Origin: an uncultured Actinomycetes bacterium
GTDB lineage: Bacteria > Actinomycetota > Thermoleophilia > Gaiellales > Gaiellaceae
Direction of reading: 5' to 3'
Length of the DNA: 64,000 nucleotides
Assembly: GCA_963834825.1 (NCBI GenBank)
Contig: CAWICZ010000010.1
Location: 47,266-111,265 of the forward strand
Shown: positions 54,884 through 63,538 of the stretch, piece after piece
Layout: each line of letters begins with the position of its first letter
Numbering within the stretch: position 1 is the stretch's first letter
Translations under genes and position numbers: made by a program
Notes under the pieces: model-generated
What the model was told of the DNA's origin: nothing
Database searches by the model: none
Seen by the model: the letters and a program-made list of their open reading frames with translations, nothing else

Positions 54884-55261
54884 ATGGGGTTGACCGAAAC
54901 CCTGACGGGCTTTTTGAAGTCGAGCGGCGTTCCGGACAAGTACGTCCAGAGCGTCACGAAGATGATGGAGGACGGGTCGCTCTCGCTCGAGAAGTTCAAG
55001 GCGCGAGCCCAGCAGTCCGGGCTCGGGGACGTTTTCGACTCGTGGGTCGGCAAGGGCGAGAACAAGCCGATCACGGGCGAGCAAGTCAAGGCCGCGGCGG
55101 ACCCGGAGAACCTCCAGCGGATTGCCGACGACGCGGGAGTCACCGTCGACGAGGCGGCCGAAGAGCTCAGCAAGGCAATGCCCGAAGTGGTCGACAAGCT
55201 GTCGCCGGACGGCCAACTGCCGTCAGATGACGCGGTCCGGTCCGAGCTCGCGAAGCCATAA
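54884..55261 (+). CDS. YidB family protein (DUF937)
   Basis: GLGDVFDSWVGKGENKPITGEQV...DEAAEELSKAMPEVVDKLSPDGQLP is present. Confidence 0.8.
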   Translation: MGLTETLTGFLKSSGVPDKYVQSVTKMMEDGSLSLEKFKARAQQSGLGDVFDSWVGKGENKPITGEQVKAAADPENLQRIADDAGVTVDEAAEELSKAMPEVVDKLSPDGQLPSDDAVRSELAKP

Positions 55262-55278
55262 GCACCGCCACGAGCGTC

Positions 55279-55386
55279 GGCCTTATCGAGTACATCGTCG
55301 TCAAGTTCCCAGGGAACAAGTTCAAAGGCGAGATCGTCCCGGCTCTCAAGAAGCTTGTTGACAACGGGACGATTCGCATCAGATGA
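55279..55386 (+). pseudogene. Fragment of a DUF6325-like gene (paralog of 17846-18331)
   Basis: GLIEYIVVKFPGNKFKGEIVPALKKLVDNGTIRIR-stop aligns to PIDYIVVEFPAAASNFTGEMARELVALVESGTIRVI. It has no start codon and is truncated. Confidence 0.45.
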
Positions 55387-55532
55387 ACACGAGATCGATG
55401 GAGTTCGCAGCGGAGAAGGCCAAGGTCTTGGCGTCCTAGCTCCCGCGCAACACAAAAGCGAACGACGGGCGGCTCGTGCCGCCCGTCCGCGTTCCGGGGG
55501 CACTTCCGAGGACGCGTTATCGTGGAGGCGCC

Positions 55533-56387
55533 ATGCCGTCTGACCAATCCGTGACCGGAGCATCGGAGACGGGACAAGAAGAGCTTCTCGAGGAGATCGA
55601 CAACCCGATCGAGCGGCTGAAGCTGCTCTCTGGCAACGAGGACGAGATCGCGAAGTACCTCGACGCGATCGAGGTCACCAGCCCGCGCGAGCGCGAGATG
55701 ATGCACGAGATCTCGCGCACCCAGCCGCTGGCTCGCCCGGATGCCTTCCCCCAGGCACACCGCAACATGGTCGAGGCGCTCGAGTCGCTCGCCCGGCACG
55801 GGTACCACGGAACGAGCGCCGGCCAGAGGGCAGGCCCATTCCGTGCCGCGATTCGCTGGGGCGTCCAGCTCGTCGCGCGCTTCCTCGTCGTGTCGCACAT
55901 TCGCAACATCTCGACCCGGCTCAGGAACCTCTACGGCCTCCGGGAGATCCAGGCGCTTCCCGGGAGCCCCGAGCGCCGCGAGCTGCACCGGGCACGGCTG
56001 GATGCCGACCGGATGGTCGACGCGCTCGAGACGCGAGAACTGGCGCTGCCGGCCTTCCTCCTCGGCGGCGCGGCGCTACCGATCTTCGCCTCGGTCGGCC
56101 GCATCACGGGGCTGTTCGAGAGCACGCTGGTCGCCACGATCATCGGCGTCATCGGCGCGCTCGTGGCGCTCGCCGCGTCCTGGGTGATTCTCCGCGGCGC
56201 GGCGCTCGCCTCGAGCCGCATCCGGCTCGCGACGCATGCCCCGTTGCAGACCCTCTGGAACACGATCGGCTGGTGCGGCAAGCCACCGAAGGACTCGGCT
56301 CGCACGTTCGTAATCGTCTCCGTCGGCCTGACGCTCGGCTGCTGGATCCTCGTGCCCATCCTCGTCGGGCTCTCGTTGGCGAGCTAG
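55533..56387 (+). CDS. Hypothetical protein with a C-terminal polytopic membrane region
   Basis: GGAGG precedes the ATG at 55533. A soluble helical N-half is followed by three or four TM helices. Confidence 0.6.
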   Translation: MPSDQSVTGASETGQEELLEEIDNPIERLKLLSGNEDEIAKYLDAIEVTSPREREMMHEISRTQPLARPDAFPQAHRNMVEALESLARHGYHGTSAGQRAGPFRAAIRWGVQLVARFLVVSHIRNISTRLRNLYGLREIQALPGSPERRELHRARLDADRMVDALETRELALPAFLLGGAALPIFASVGRITGLFESTLVATIIGVIGALVALAASWVILRGAALASSRIRLATHAPLQTLWNTIGWCGKPPKDSARTFVIVSVGLTLGCWILVPILVGLSLAS

Positions 56388-56413
56388 TGCCCCGCCGGGC
56401 GTAAAATCTGGCC

Positions 56414-56917
56414 GTGCGGAGAGTTCTGGGACCGCCCGCTCGGATCGAAGGTAATTCTCCTGCTGAGCGCGGCTTTCCTGGTCGAGCTGGCTCTGCCGTG
56501 GCAGCGCATCTGCGCGGTCACGAGTGGGGACGAGCCTCGGATCTGCGGCTGGCGGACGGGGTACGAGGGATCGAACTACGGCGTCTACGCGGCGATCCTC
56601 GCCGCGCGATCCTCGTGTGGGAGCTGCTTCCAGTCGTGATCCCGAGGCTTTCGATGCGCGGCTGGCCGGCCGCGATCGTGACCGCGATTCTCTCGGTCGC
56701 GCTCGCCGTGAGCACGCTCCTGAAGCTGATCAAGGACAACGAGTTCCAGCAGATCTGGGCGTGGATCGGCTTCGCCATCACTCTCGCGATCATGGCGACG
56801 GCCTTAATTCGCGTCCGGTACCGGTGGGGACACAGGCACGCGCGGGAGCCGGAGCCGAGCCGGGGCGTTCCGCCACCCCAGGTCGAACCGCCGGCGACCG
56901 GCGGATCAAGTACGTAG
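56414..56917 (+). pseudogene. Membrane protein disrupted by a 14-nt tandem duplication
   Basis: Frame 0 (continuous with the upstream gene after its TAG) encodes KVILLLSAAFLVELALPWQRIC...GVYAAILA. Frame 2 encodes AILVWELLPVVIP... plus three TM helices. Removing 14 nt at 56592-56605 joins them. Confidence 0.45.
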
Positions 56918-58774
56918 CTCGCGGATCCGTTCCACGATCAGGAACGCGGCCAGCCCGACCAGACCCACGAGGATGGCGGCCTTCCAGAAGTGGACGGCCA
57001 GGATCACCAGTGCGATCAAGGCGAGGATGACCGCCGTGTGGTTGATGGTGCGCGCGAAGGTGCCGCGGAGAAACGACTCGGCGATCACGAAGGCGAGCAC
57101 GAAGACGATGATCCAGGCGAGCAGGTGATCGGGATGGGCGACCACGACCAGCGCGACGAGCCCGATGAGAAGCGCGCTCAGGCTGAGCGCAGCCCACAAC
57201 TCGGAGGCCCGACCGAATCGCATCTCAGGCGTGGTCGTCGGCACCGCGGCCTTCCGGATGTGCGCGCGCGGATCGAGACGCTCCCCTCGCCGATACGCGT
57301 CGAGCTGACGTGAGACCCCCTCCGAGATCGCCTCGACCTCGGACAGCTCACGGCGGAGCCCCTTGACCTCGCTCGCCACTCCCTCGACACGGAGCGCGAG
57401 TCTCGAATGCTGCTGCTCGAGATGCGGACTTCCCTCCATGCTCAGGAGCTCGACGCCGAGGCGCTGAAGCTCGTCCGCGCGCTTCGGAATGACCTGCGCG
57501 AGCTCGTCGCGCCTCGCGTCCACGCGGCTCTGCTCCTCCTCGAGTAGGGGGAGCTCCTCGGGCGGCGGGGGGACCTTGTCGAGCTCTGCGAAGCCGAGCG
57601 GGTCGTACCAGCCGGCTCGCACGGAGCCGTCTCGGTTGTACATCGGCCCGGCAGGCGCGTTCTCGCCCGAGATGGGATCCTGCGCGTAGAGCCCCCACAG
57701 GCCGCGGTAGGCGTGCACCCACGGGGTCTTCTCGTCGATCACCATCGGCGTCCACTCGCGCTCCTGGCCGGGGCCGACCGCGAGCCCGTCGCCTCGTGCG
57801 TAGTCGACGAACGGGATGCGCAGCCCGCTGTCGACGTCGCTCCCCTGGCCGAGCGTGTCACGCCAGAATCGCTCAGCGGCCGCCAGGAAGTTGGTAATCC
57901 GCCGCGGGACCGGGAGCGGCACCTCTGCCATGTACTCGCCGGCGACGAAGTACGACGCGTGTGATCCCGCGCCGGCGAACACAACCGGATGCCGGCCTTC
58001 GAGGGTCAGGTCGCCGGGGTCGTCGTAGCGGCGGCGCAGGTCGGCGCCGTGGAAGTCGTGGGACGCGTAGGCGAACCACTCGGGAAAGAGCGTGCCCTCG
58101 GACTCGTAGAGATAGACGGCGACCATCTCCCAGTCCGACTCGTGGTCGTTCACGCCGTGGAACCCCGAGCGCCAGTTGTTGTAGGCGAAGAAGAACCAGT
58201 ACTGGCAGATCGTCCAGCCGCCGTGGCGGACCACGCGGCCGTGGTACACGTAGCGTTCGTCTCGCTCCCGAAGCTCGGCGTACTTGAGCTCCGCCGCGGC
58301 GGCAGTCGCCCCGGGCACGCGCCCGCGAAGGAGCAACGTGGCGGAGAAGATCGCGTCGCCCAGCCGGGGCAACAGCCCTCCGCGCGCGAGGCGCCCCACG
58401 CCGGCGCGAAACCTGCGCTCCTGGCCCCGCTCGAGCCGGCGGGCCTCGGTGATCGCCTTCGTGCTTTCGCCGAGGCCGAGCCGACCAATGAATCGGAGGT
58501 AGAAGAGCGAGCCGAACGCCGCCGCTCGTGACTCGACGAGCTGCTCCATCGTCAGCTCGCCCTCCGGGATCTCCTCTTCATCGCGGTCGTCCGGGTGGTA
58601 CAGCCAAAGGCTGCAGGAGCGCACGTACGGCTCCACGTCCATGGGGAAGAACTGCTCGCCGCTCGTGTAGCGCACGATCGGCTCGTACGCCCGCAGGAGC
58701 TCGAGGTCAGTTGCTGTCGAGGGGGTTCCGAGTTCGCTGAGTGAGGTCGGCATTGGCGGGGGGTCGGATTCCAA
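56906..58774 (-). CDS. Hypothetical protein: Vps62/DUF946-like domain, coiled coil, four C-terminal TM helices
   Basis: CQYWFFFAYNNWRSGFHGVNDHESDWEMVAVYLYE resembles the Vps62/NLP HxxDWE core. A long coiled coil and hydrophobic tail follow. The start could be the ATG at 58753. Confidence 0.7.
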   Translation of the reverse strand: MESDPPPMPTSLSELGTPSTATDLELLRAYEPIVRYTSGEQFFPMDVEPYVRSCSLWLYHPDDRDEEEIPEGELTMEQLVESRAAAFGSLFYLRFIGRLGLGESTKAITEARRLERGQERRFRAGVGRLARGGLLPRLGDAIFSATLLLRGRVPGATAAAAELKYAELRERDERYVYHGRVVRHGGWTICQYWFFFAYNNWRSGFHGVNDHESDWEMVAVYLYESEGTLFPEWFAYASHDFHGADLRRRYDDPGDLTLEGRHPVVFAGAGSHASYFVAGEYMAEVPLPVPRRITNFLAAAERFWRDTLGQGSDVDSGLRIPFVDYARGDGLAVGPGQEREWTPMVIDEKTPWVHAYRGLWGLYAQDPISGENAPAGPMYNRDGSVRAGWYDPLGFAELDKVPPPPEELPLLEEEQSRVDARRDELAQVIPKRADELQRLGVELLSMEGSPHLEQQHSRLALRVEGVASEVKGLRRELSEVEAISEGVSRQLDAYRRGERLDPRAHIRKAAVPTTTPEMRFGRASELWAALSLSALLIGLVALVVVAHPDHLLAWIIVFVLAFVIAESFLRGTFARTINHTAVILALIALVILAVHFWKAAILVGLVGLAAFLIVERIRELRT

Positions 58775-59159
58775 ACGCGACCTGGACGTCGCGGGGAGTA
58801 AGGGCGAAGACGATGAAGGTGTTCAGCGCCATGCGGCCGTAGCGCGGGTCTCCGAACGAAAAGTGGCGAAGGATCTGGATCGTCAGGCCGACCACGGCCA
58901 CCGTCATGAACAGCTTCCATGCCCACGGTCGCATGCGTAGCGCTCCGAAGGTGATGGCGACGGCGAGGAGCCCGAGCCCGATCGAAACGCACCCGTCGAA
59001 GATCTTGTCCGTGTCACCGCCGGCGTCGCTAAGTGTCAGCACGCCGTCCACGATCAGGTAGGCGGCCGCGAGGACCGCCAACGCGGCAACGATCGTGACG
59101 GCGGTCGGCCGTCCCGCGCTCGTCGCCGGAGTGATCGGGGAGACCGCGGGCGAGGCCAC
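58707..59159 (-). CDS. Hypothetical integral membrane protein (150 aa, 4 TM)
   Basis: The hydrophobic helices are VTIVAALAVLAAAYLIV, VSIGLGLLAVAITFGAL, KLFMTVAVVGLTIQIL and ALNTFIVFAL. Confidence 0.6.
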   Translation of the reverse strand: MASPAVSPITPATSAGRPTAVTIVAALAVLAAAYLIVDGVLTLSDAGGDTDKIFDGCVSIGLGLLAVAITFGALRMRPWAWKLFMTVAVVGLTIQILRHFSFGDPRYGRMALNTFIVFALTPRDVQVAFGIRPPANADLTQRTRNPLDSN

Positions 59160-59164
59160 GGCGG

Positions 59165-59389
59165 CTAAGCGATACCCGCGCCGGTGGTGAAGTAGCGCAG
59201 GGCAGTGCCCGTCTTCGTCTGCGCGTCGCCCTCCGTGTCGATCCCCCGCCGGCGGAGGAGCTCGACGAAGGCGTCATTCGCCTTCCCCGCGTCGGCAGGG
59301 TCGGCCTTCCACGGACAGCTCGACCAGGTCCGAGTCGTCTAGGAAGGACCGCACTCCTCGATGGTCACCTCGTACTCGAAGCCCGTCAC
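59165..59389 (-). pseudogene. Small ORF with a strong RBS interrupted after 16 codons
   Basis: GGGAGGTG lies 5 nt before the GTG at 59389. It reads MTGFEYEVTIEECGPS-stop, then resumes in the same frame as KADPADAGKANDAFVELLRRRGIDTEGDAQTKTGTALRYFTTGAGIA-stop. The middle reads better in another frame (FLDDSDLVELSVEG). Confidence 0.3.
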
Positions 59390-59567
59390 GGCTGCACCTC
59401 CCACTTGCGCACGTCGACGGGACCGAAGAACGGCGAGCTCGTCCCAGTGCGATCGTCGAAGGCGCGTGCTCCTCGATCAGCTTCTCCTGAATGCCCGAGA
59501 AGAGCTTCCGCTTTTCGCGCTCCCCGAGACGCGACCTCCCGGCTCTCCCCTCGATCCTGGTCGACGG

Positions 59568-60659
59568 TCAGCGTTCGCCCGAGCAGATGTCCCAGTCCTG
59601 AAGCACGCCCGTCGCCACGGCGCCCTCGATGTCGCCGGTGAAGCCCGAGCTTCTGACTCGGTCGCGGGTTACGGCCGGCCCGGCCTCCCCCTCGGCGTGA
59701 ATCGTCCCGGTTGCCATCTCCGGGCACTGATTCGCGGGCACGAACGCGAACCCGACCTCGAGCAGCCGCTTGTGGTCCCGGGTGACCGTGAAGCACACCT
59801 CGCCGCGTTGTGCAGTTGAGCCGACGTAGCGGATGCCGCGCCGCTTGCAGATCTTCGACGACGACTGAGTCTCCGGAAACGGCTCCGGGCTCATGTCCGG
59901 TGCCGGTTCGAGCCTTGCTGGTTGCCGCGCGAGGGCGTTCCAAGCCAGCACGTTGTCGAAGAGGATGTCCGTGCCGGCTTGGCTCGTCTCGGCGGTCAGG
60001 CCGATCGCCGGGAAGCGATCCGGCCCGCCGGAGTCCCGAGCTTCGGCGATCTTCTTCCCGTCCACGTGGAGGACGAGTGTGGAGCGACCATTGCGTGCAA
60101 CGCACTCGCCTCGGATGCGGTTGGTCGCGCCGTAGCCGCCGAAGTCGCCGTCTCCCTCGGCCAGGGTCACCAGTCCATCTTCACTCTGATCGTCGCGAAG
60201 GATTCCGTAGTGGTCTTCCGGCGTAAGCACGAACTTGTAGGCGAACTCGAGGCGATCCGAGTCAGCCCCGGCTCCCCAGCAGGCGACACCGTGGAACTCG
60301 TACTCGTCGGGCTGGCCCGAGCTATACGGCCCAGCGCGCTCGGTCGCATCCGCCTCAACGCTGACCGCCTCGACACCCGATCCGAAGCTGAGCCGGGCGT
60401 CCCGTGGACCAGGAGCCTTCATGAGGAGGCGATAGCCGCCGTCCGCGTAGTCGAGCAGGACGTCGTCGTCGTTGTCCATCGACCATCCGCTCGCGGGATC
60501 CCTGAAGTCGTCCTCGACATAGGTGCCGGGCGGCCCAGCCGAGCTGCCTGCCGAGCTTCCGTCAGAGCTCGAGTCGGAGTTCGAGTCGGAGCTTCCACCG
60601 CAGCCGCAGACCAGGAGCGTGGCGATGGCCATACCGGCAAGCGCAGATGACGGCTTCAA
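59568..60659 (-). CDS. Secreted lipoprotein-like hypothetical protein
   Basis: The signal peptide MKPSSALAGMAIATLLVCGCGG is followed by a Ser/Asp-rich linker. Confidence 0.7.
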   Translation of the reverse strand: MKPSSALAGMAIATLLVCGCGGSSDSNSDSSSDGSSAGSSAGPPGTYVEDDFRDPASGWSMDNDDDVLLDYADGGYRLLMKAPGPRDARLSFGSGVEAVSVEADATERAGPYSSGQPDEYEFHGVACWGAGADSDRLEFAYKFVLTPEDHYGILRDDQSEDGLVTLAEGDGDFGGYGATNRIRGECVARNGRSTLVLHVDGKKIAEARDSGGPDRFPAIGLTAETSQAGTDILFDNVLAWNALARQPARLEPAPDMSPEPFPETQSSSKICKRRGIRYVGSTAQRGEVCFTVTRDHKRLLEVGFAFVPANQCPEMATGTIHAEGEAGPAVTRDRVRSSGFTGDIEGAVATGVLQDWDICSGER

Positions 60660-60793
60660 GAACTTGAATCAAATGCCCCTTTGCTCGCGCTTGTCAACGG
60701 ACGTTATGGTCCGCCGCCGCCGACAGCGCAGCGAACTCGGTGCAGCAGACGATCCTCCGTGCCTACCGGCTCGAACCGCGCTGACGACCGGCG

Positions 60794-61102
60794 CTACGCC
60801 GGCAGCTTGGCGGCGATGACGTCCGCCTGCTGGATGTCGGGAGGCCGCGCGAGCAGCTCGTCCGCCTGGGCCATCAGCGCCTCGGCCACGCGGCCCGACA
60901 GGTGAGCCTGGCGACCCGAGTCGTCCGGGAAGACGTCGAAGATCGCGAACTGCGAGTTGCTCAGCCGGACTGCGAACCAGGCCGTGGTATCCGGCTCATC
61001 TTCCGCGAGCGCGCGACCGGCCTCGAGAAAGCTCGCGACCTCTTCTTCCTTACCCGGCTTCGCTTCGAGCGGGACCCAGAGCCCCTTTGTGACCGTCGGC
61101 AT
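60794..61102 (-). CDS. Antibiotic-biosynthesis-monooxygenase (ABM) family protein
   Basis: VPLEAKPGKEEEVASFLEAGRALAEDEPDTTAWFAVRL...FAIFDVF is present. The ATG at 61102 is preferred over 61138. Confidence 0.7.
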   Translation of the reverse strand: MPTVTKGLWVPLEAKPGKEEEVASFLEAGRALAEDEPDTTAWFAVRLSNSQFAIFDVFPDDSGRQAHLSGRVAEALMAQADELLARPPDIQQADVIAAKLPA

Positions 61103-61245
61103 GACGTCTCCTTTCCGTCGAGGGAGTGACGCGTGCACTCATCCTATGAATCGGCGGCGAAGCGCGGCCCAACGCCGCGCGAGGTGCGAACGCTCGGGCG
61201 ACGGGGCATAACTGGAGGCGGGAGCAAAACGCAGGGAGGTCTGAC

Positions 61246-62067
61246 GTGAAGCGTCTGTTCATCGCGACCGTTGCCGCAGTTCCGGTGCTGTTCGCCGGCG
61301 CCTCGGCAGCCGCGCAAGGCCAGGAGGCGCGGACCGTCGCACCACCGAGCAAGATCACCATCTGTCACGACACCGGTTCGGGCTCGAATCCATGGCGGCG
61401 GATCAGCGTCCCCGGTCGAGCCGTCACAAGCCCGAAGTCGACGTCCGGCCGCCTCCTTCGTGGCCATCTCCGTCACACCGGAGACGCGGTCGTCGTCGGG
61501 ACCGCCGCGTGCCCGGCGGCCGCGCTGACTCCGCCCAAGACCAATGCACCGGCCACCAGGATCACGATCTGCCACAACACGGGCTCGACGAGCAACCCGT
61601 TCCGGCGGATCACGATCTCGAGCCGTGCCGTGACGAATCCGAGCTCGTTGTCCGGCATCGTCCTCCGCGTCCACCTTCGCCACGCCGGAGATCTCGTGAT
61701 GCCCGGATCAGCGGCCTGCCCGACCACTGCTCCCAACGAGGTCAAGCTCACGGCAGGCCTGCGCCCGGTCCAGGGCGGAACCGGGTCGGGTGCCGCGACG
61801 ATCACGATCCAGCTCGCACGGATGAGGCTCTGCTACGCGCTGACCGTCCGCGGCCTCACGGACGTGACGGCAGCGCACATCCATCGCGTCGCGACCGAGG
61901 CCGTCGTCGTTCCGCTGACGGCCCCGACGAACCGCACGTCCAGCGGCTGCACCATCGTCGAGAAGGCGCTGCTGGAGGAGATCGCTCGGAGCCCGGGCGC
62001 GTTCTACGTGAACGTCCACACATCGACGTTCCCGAACGGCCAGGTTCAGGGCAGGCTCAGCAAGTAA
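61246..62067 (+). CDS. Secreted CHRD domain protein with two N-terminal ITICHxTGSxSNPxRRI modules
   Basis: The signal peptide is MKRLFIATVAAVPVLFAGASAAAQG. The CHRD marks are TAAHIHRV...VVVPL and FYVNVHTSTFPNGQVQGRL. Confidence 0.75.
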   Translation: MKRLFIATVAAVPVLFAGASAAAQGQEARTVAPPSKITICHDTGSGSNPWRRISVPGRAVTSPKSTSGRLLRGHLRHTGDAVVVGTAACPAAALTPPKTNAPATRITICHNTGSTSNPFRRITISSRAVTNPSSLSGIVLRVHLRHAGDLVMPGSAACPTTAPNEVKLTAGLRPVQGGTGSGAATITIQLARMRLCYALTVRGLTDVTAAHIHRVATEAVVVPLTAPTNRTSSGCTIVEKALLEEIARSPGAFYVNVHTSTFPNGQVQGRLSK

Positions 62068-62081
62068 CGAGGAGAGATGCT

Positions 62082-62612
62082 GTGGGCAAGCTGATCCTCT
62101 CGACAACCATGACGGTCGACAGCGTCATCTCCGTCGCCGACTGGTACGTCTCCGAAGGGGAACACGATCGGGCGAGTCGTGACCAGTTCGACGGAGCTGC
62201 GGGAATGGTGCTCGGGCGGAAGACCTACGAGGGGCTGGCGGAGTACTGGGCGCCCAGCACGGGCGAATGGGCCGATCGGCTCAACCCGATGCCGAAGTTC
62301 GTCGCCTCACGCACGCTGCAGGAGCCACTGACTTGGAACGCCACGTTGATCGAGGGCGACGTCACGGACGGCGTATCGAAGCTCAAGGACGAGCTCGACG
62401 GCGACCTGATCATGATCGGACCGGGCGAGCTTGCGCGCCACCTGGTGACGAACGGGCTGGTCGACGAGCTCCGGTTCTGGGTCCATCCAGTCGTGTGGGG
62501 ACCCGGCGAGCGGCCGTTTCACAGCCACGAGTACGTTCGGCTGGAGCTTCTCGACTCGACCACGTTCGATTCTGGAGTCATGCTCATGCGCTACCAGCCC
62601 GCCCAGAGCTAG
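62082..62612 (+). CDS. Dihydrofolate reductase family protein (RibD C-terminal-like)
   Basis: A GTG at 62082 follows GAGGAGAG. GKLILSTTMTVDSVI...GRKTYEGLAEYW...PKFVASRTL is present. Confidence 0.8.
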   Translation: MGKLILSTTMTVDSVISVADWYVSEGEHDRASRDQFDGAAGMVLGRKTYEGLAEYWAPSTGEWADRLNPMPKFVASRTLQEPLTWNATLIEGDVTDGVSKLKDELDGDLIMIGPGELARHLVTNGLVDELRFWVHPVVWGPGERPFHSHEYVRLELLDSTTFDSGVMLMRYQPAQS

Positions 62613-62651
62613 CAGTCCGCGCGCTCAACTGGCGACAAACCGGTACAACCA

Positions 62652-62966
62652 GTGGTGATGGCAGACGAGGATCAGCTTCGCGTCATCGACAACCCGTCTC
62701 GACGACGCTACGAGCTGCACCTGGGCGAAACCATCGCCGGCTTCATCGCCTACGACATCGAGCCGGGCGCCGTGGTGTTGATCCACACCGACGTCGACCG
62801 CGCCTTCGAGGGTCGCGGCTACGGCTCGCGTTTGATTGCCGGCGCCCTGGACGACATCCGTGCGCGCGGGCTCTCGGTGGTGCCGCTCTGCCCGTTCGTC
62901 AGGTCGTACCTCGGGAAGCACCCGGAAGACGCCGACCTCGTCGGACGCAACCGAGTGGGCAACTGA
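62652..62966 (+). CDS. GNAT-like N-acetyltransferase (YjdJ type)
   Basis: VLIHTDVDRAFEGRGYGSRLIAGALDDIRARGLSVVPLCPFVRSYL is present. Confidence 0.75.
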   Translation: MVMADEDQLRVIDNPSRRRYELHLGETIAGFIAYDIEPGAVVLIHTDVDRAFEGRGYGSRLIAGALDDIRARGLSVVPLCPFVRSYLGKHPEDADLVGRNRVGN

Positions 62967-62968
62967 CG

Positions 62969-63433
62969 ATGGCCACGCAGCCCGACGAGTCGCGGCTCGG
63001 CAAGGCGTATACCGCCGACGGGGTCACCGTCTACTACGACCGCGCGCGCTGCCGCCACTACGCCGAGTGCGTGCGCGGGCTCCGACAGGTCTTCGACCCG
63101 AGCCGCCGTCCGTGGATTCGCGCCGATCTGGCCGAGCCCGAGCTCGTCGCCGAGATCGTCCGCCGCTGCCCGACCGGCGCGCTGCACTACCGGCTCGCGA
63201 ACGGCGTGCCCGAGGCGCCGCCGGAACCAACGTCGGTGCGGCGAGATCCACACGGCCCGTTGCTCGTCACTGGCGAGCTCGTCCTCGACACGCCCGACGG
63301 GGAGATTCGGGAAACCCGCGCCGCCCTGTGCCGGTGCGGTGCCACCAAGCTCGAGCCCTTCTGCGACGGCGCCTGCGGCGTCAACCAACAGAGCCCTGCG
63401 GGCACGCGCGACGAGGGCCAAACGACTGCCTGA
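62969..63433 (+). CDS. Iron-sulfur protein (divergent 4Fe-4S mono-cluster domain + CDGSH-like domain)
   Basis: VYYDRARCRHYAECVRG...RPWI and ALCRCGATKLEPFCDGAC are present. The ATG lies at 62969. Confidence 0.65.
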   Translation: MATQPDESRLGKAYTADGVTVYYDRARCRHYAECVRGLRQVFDPSRRPWIRADLAEPELVAEIVRRCPTGALHYRLANGVPEAPPEPTSVRRDPHGPLLVTGELVLDTPDGEIRETRAALCRCGATKLEPFCDGACGVNQQSPAGTRDEGQTTA

Positions 63434-63538
63434 ACTCTGGTACGCCCGCCCGAGCATCCCCCGAACACGATCCTCCGGACGAAAGCCGAGGCCGAAGCGG
63501 CCGAGCACGGGCACTGACTAAGGTCCCCTCGGTTCGCT

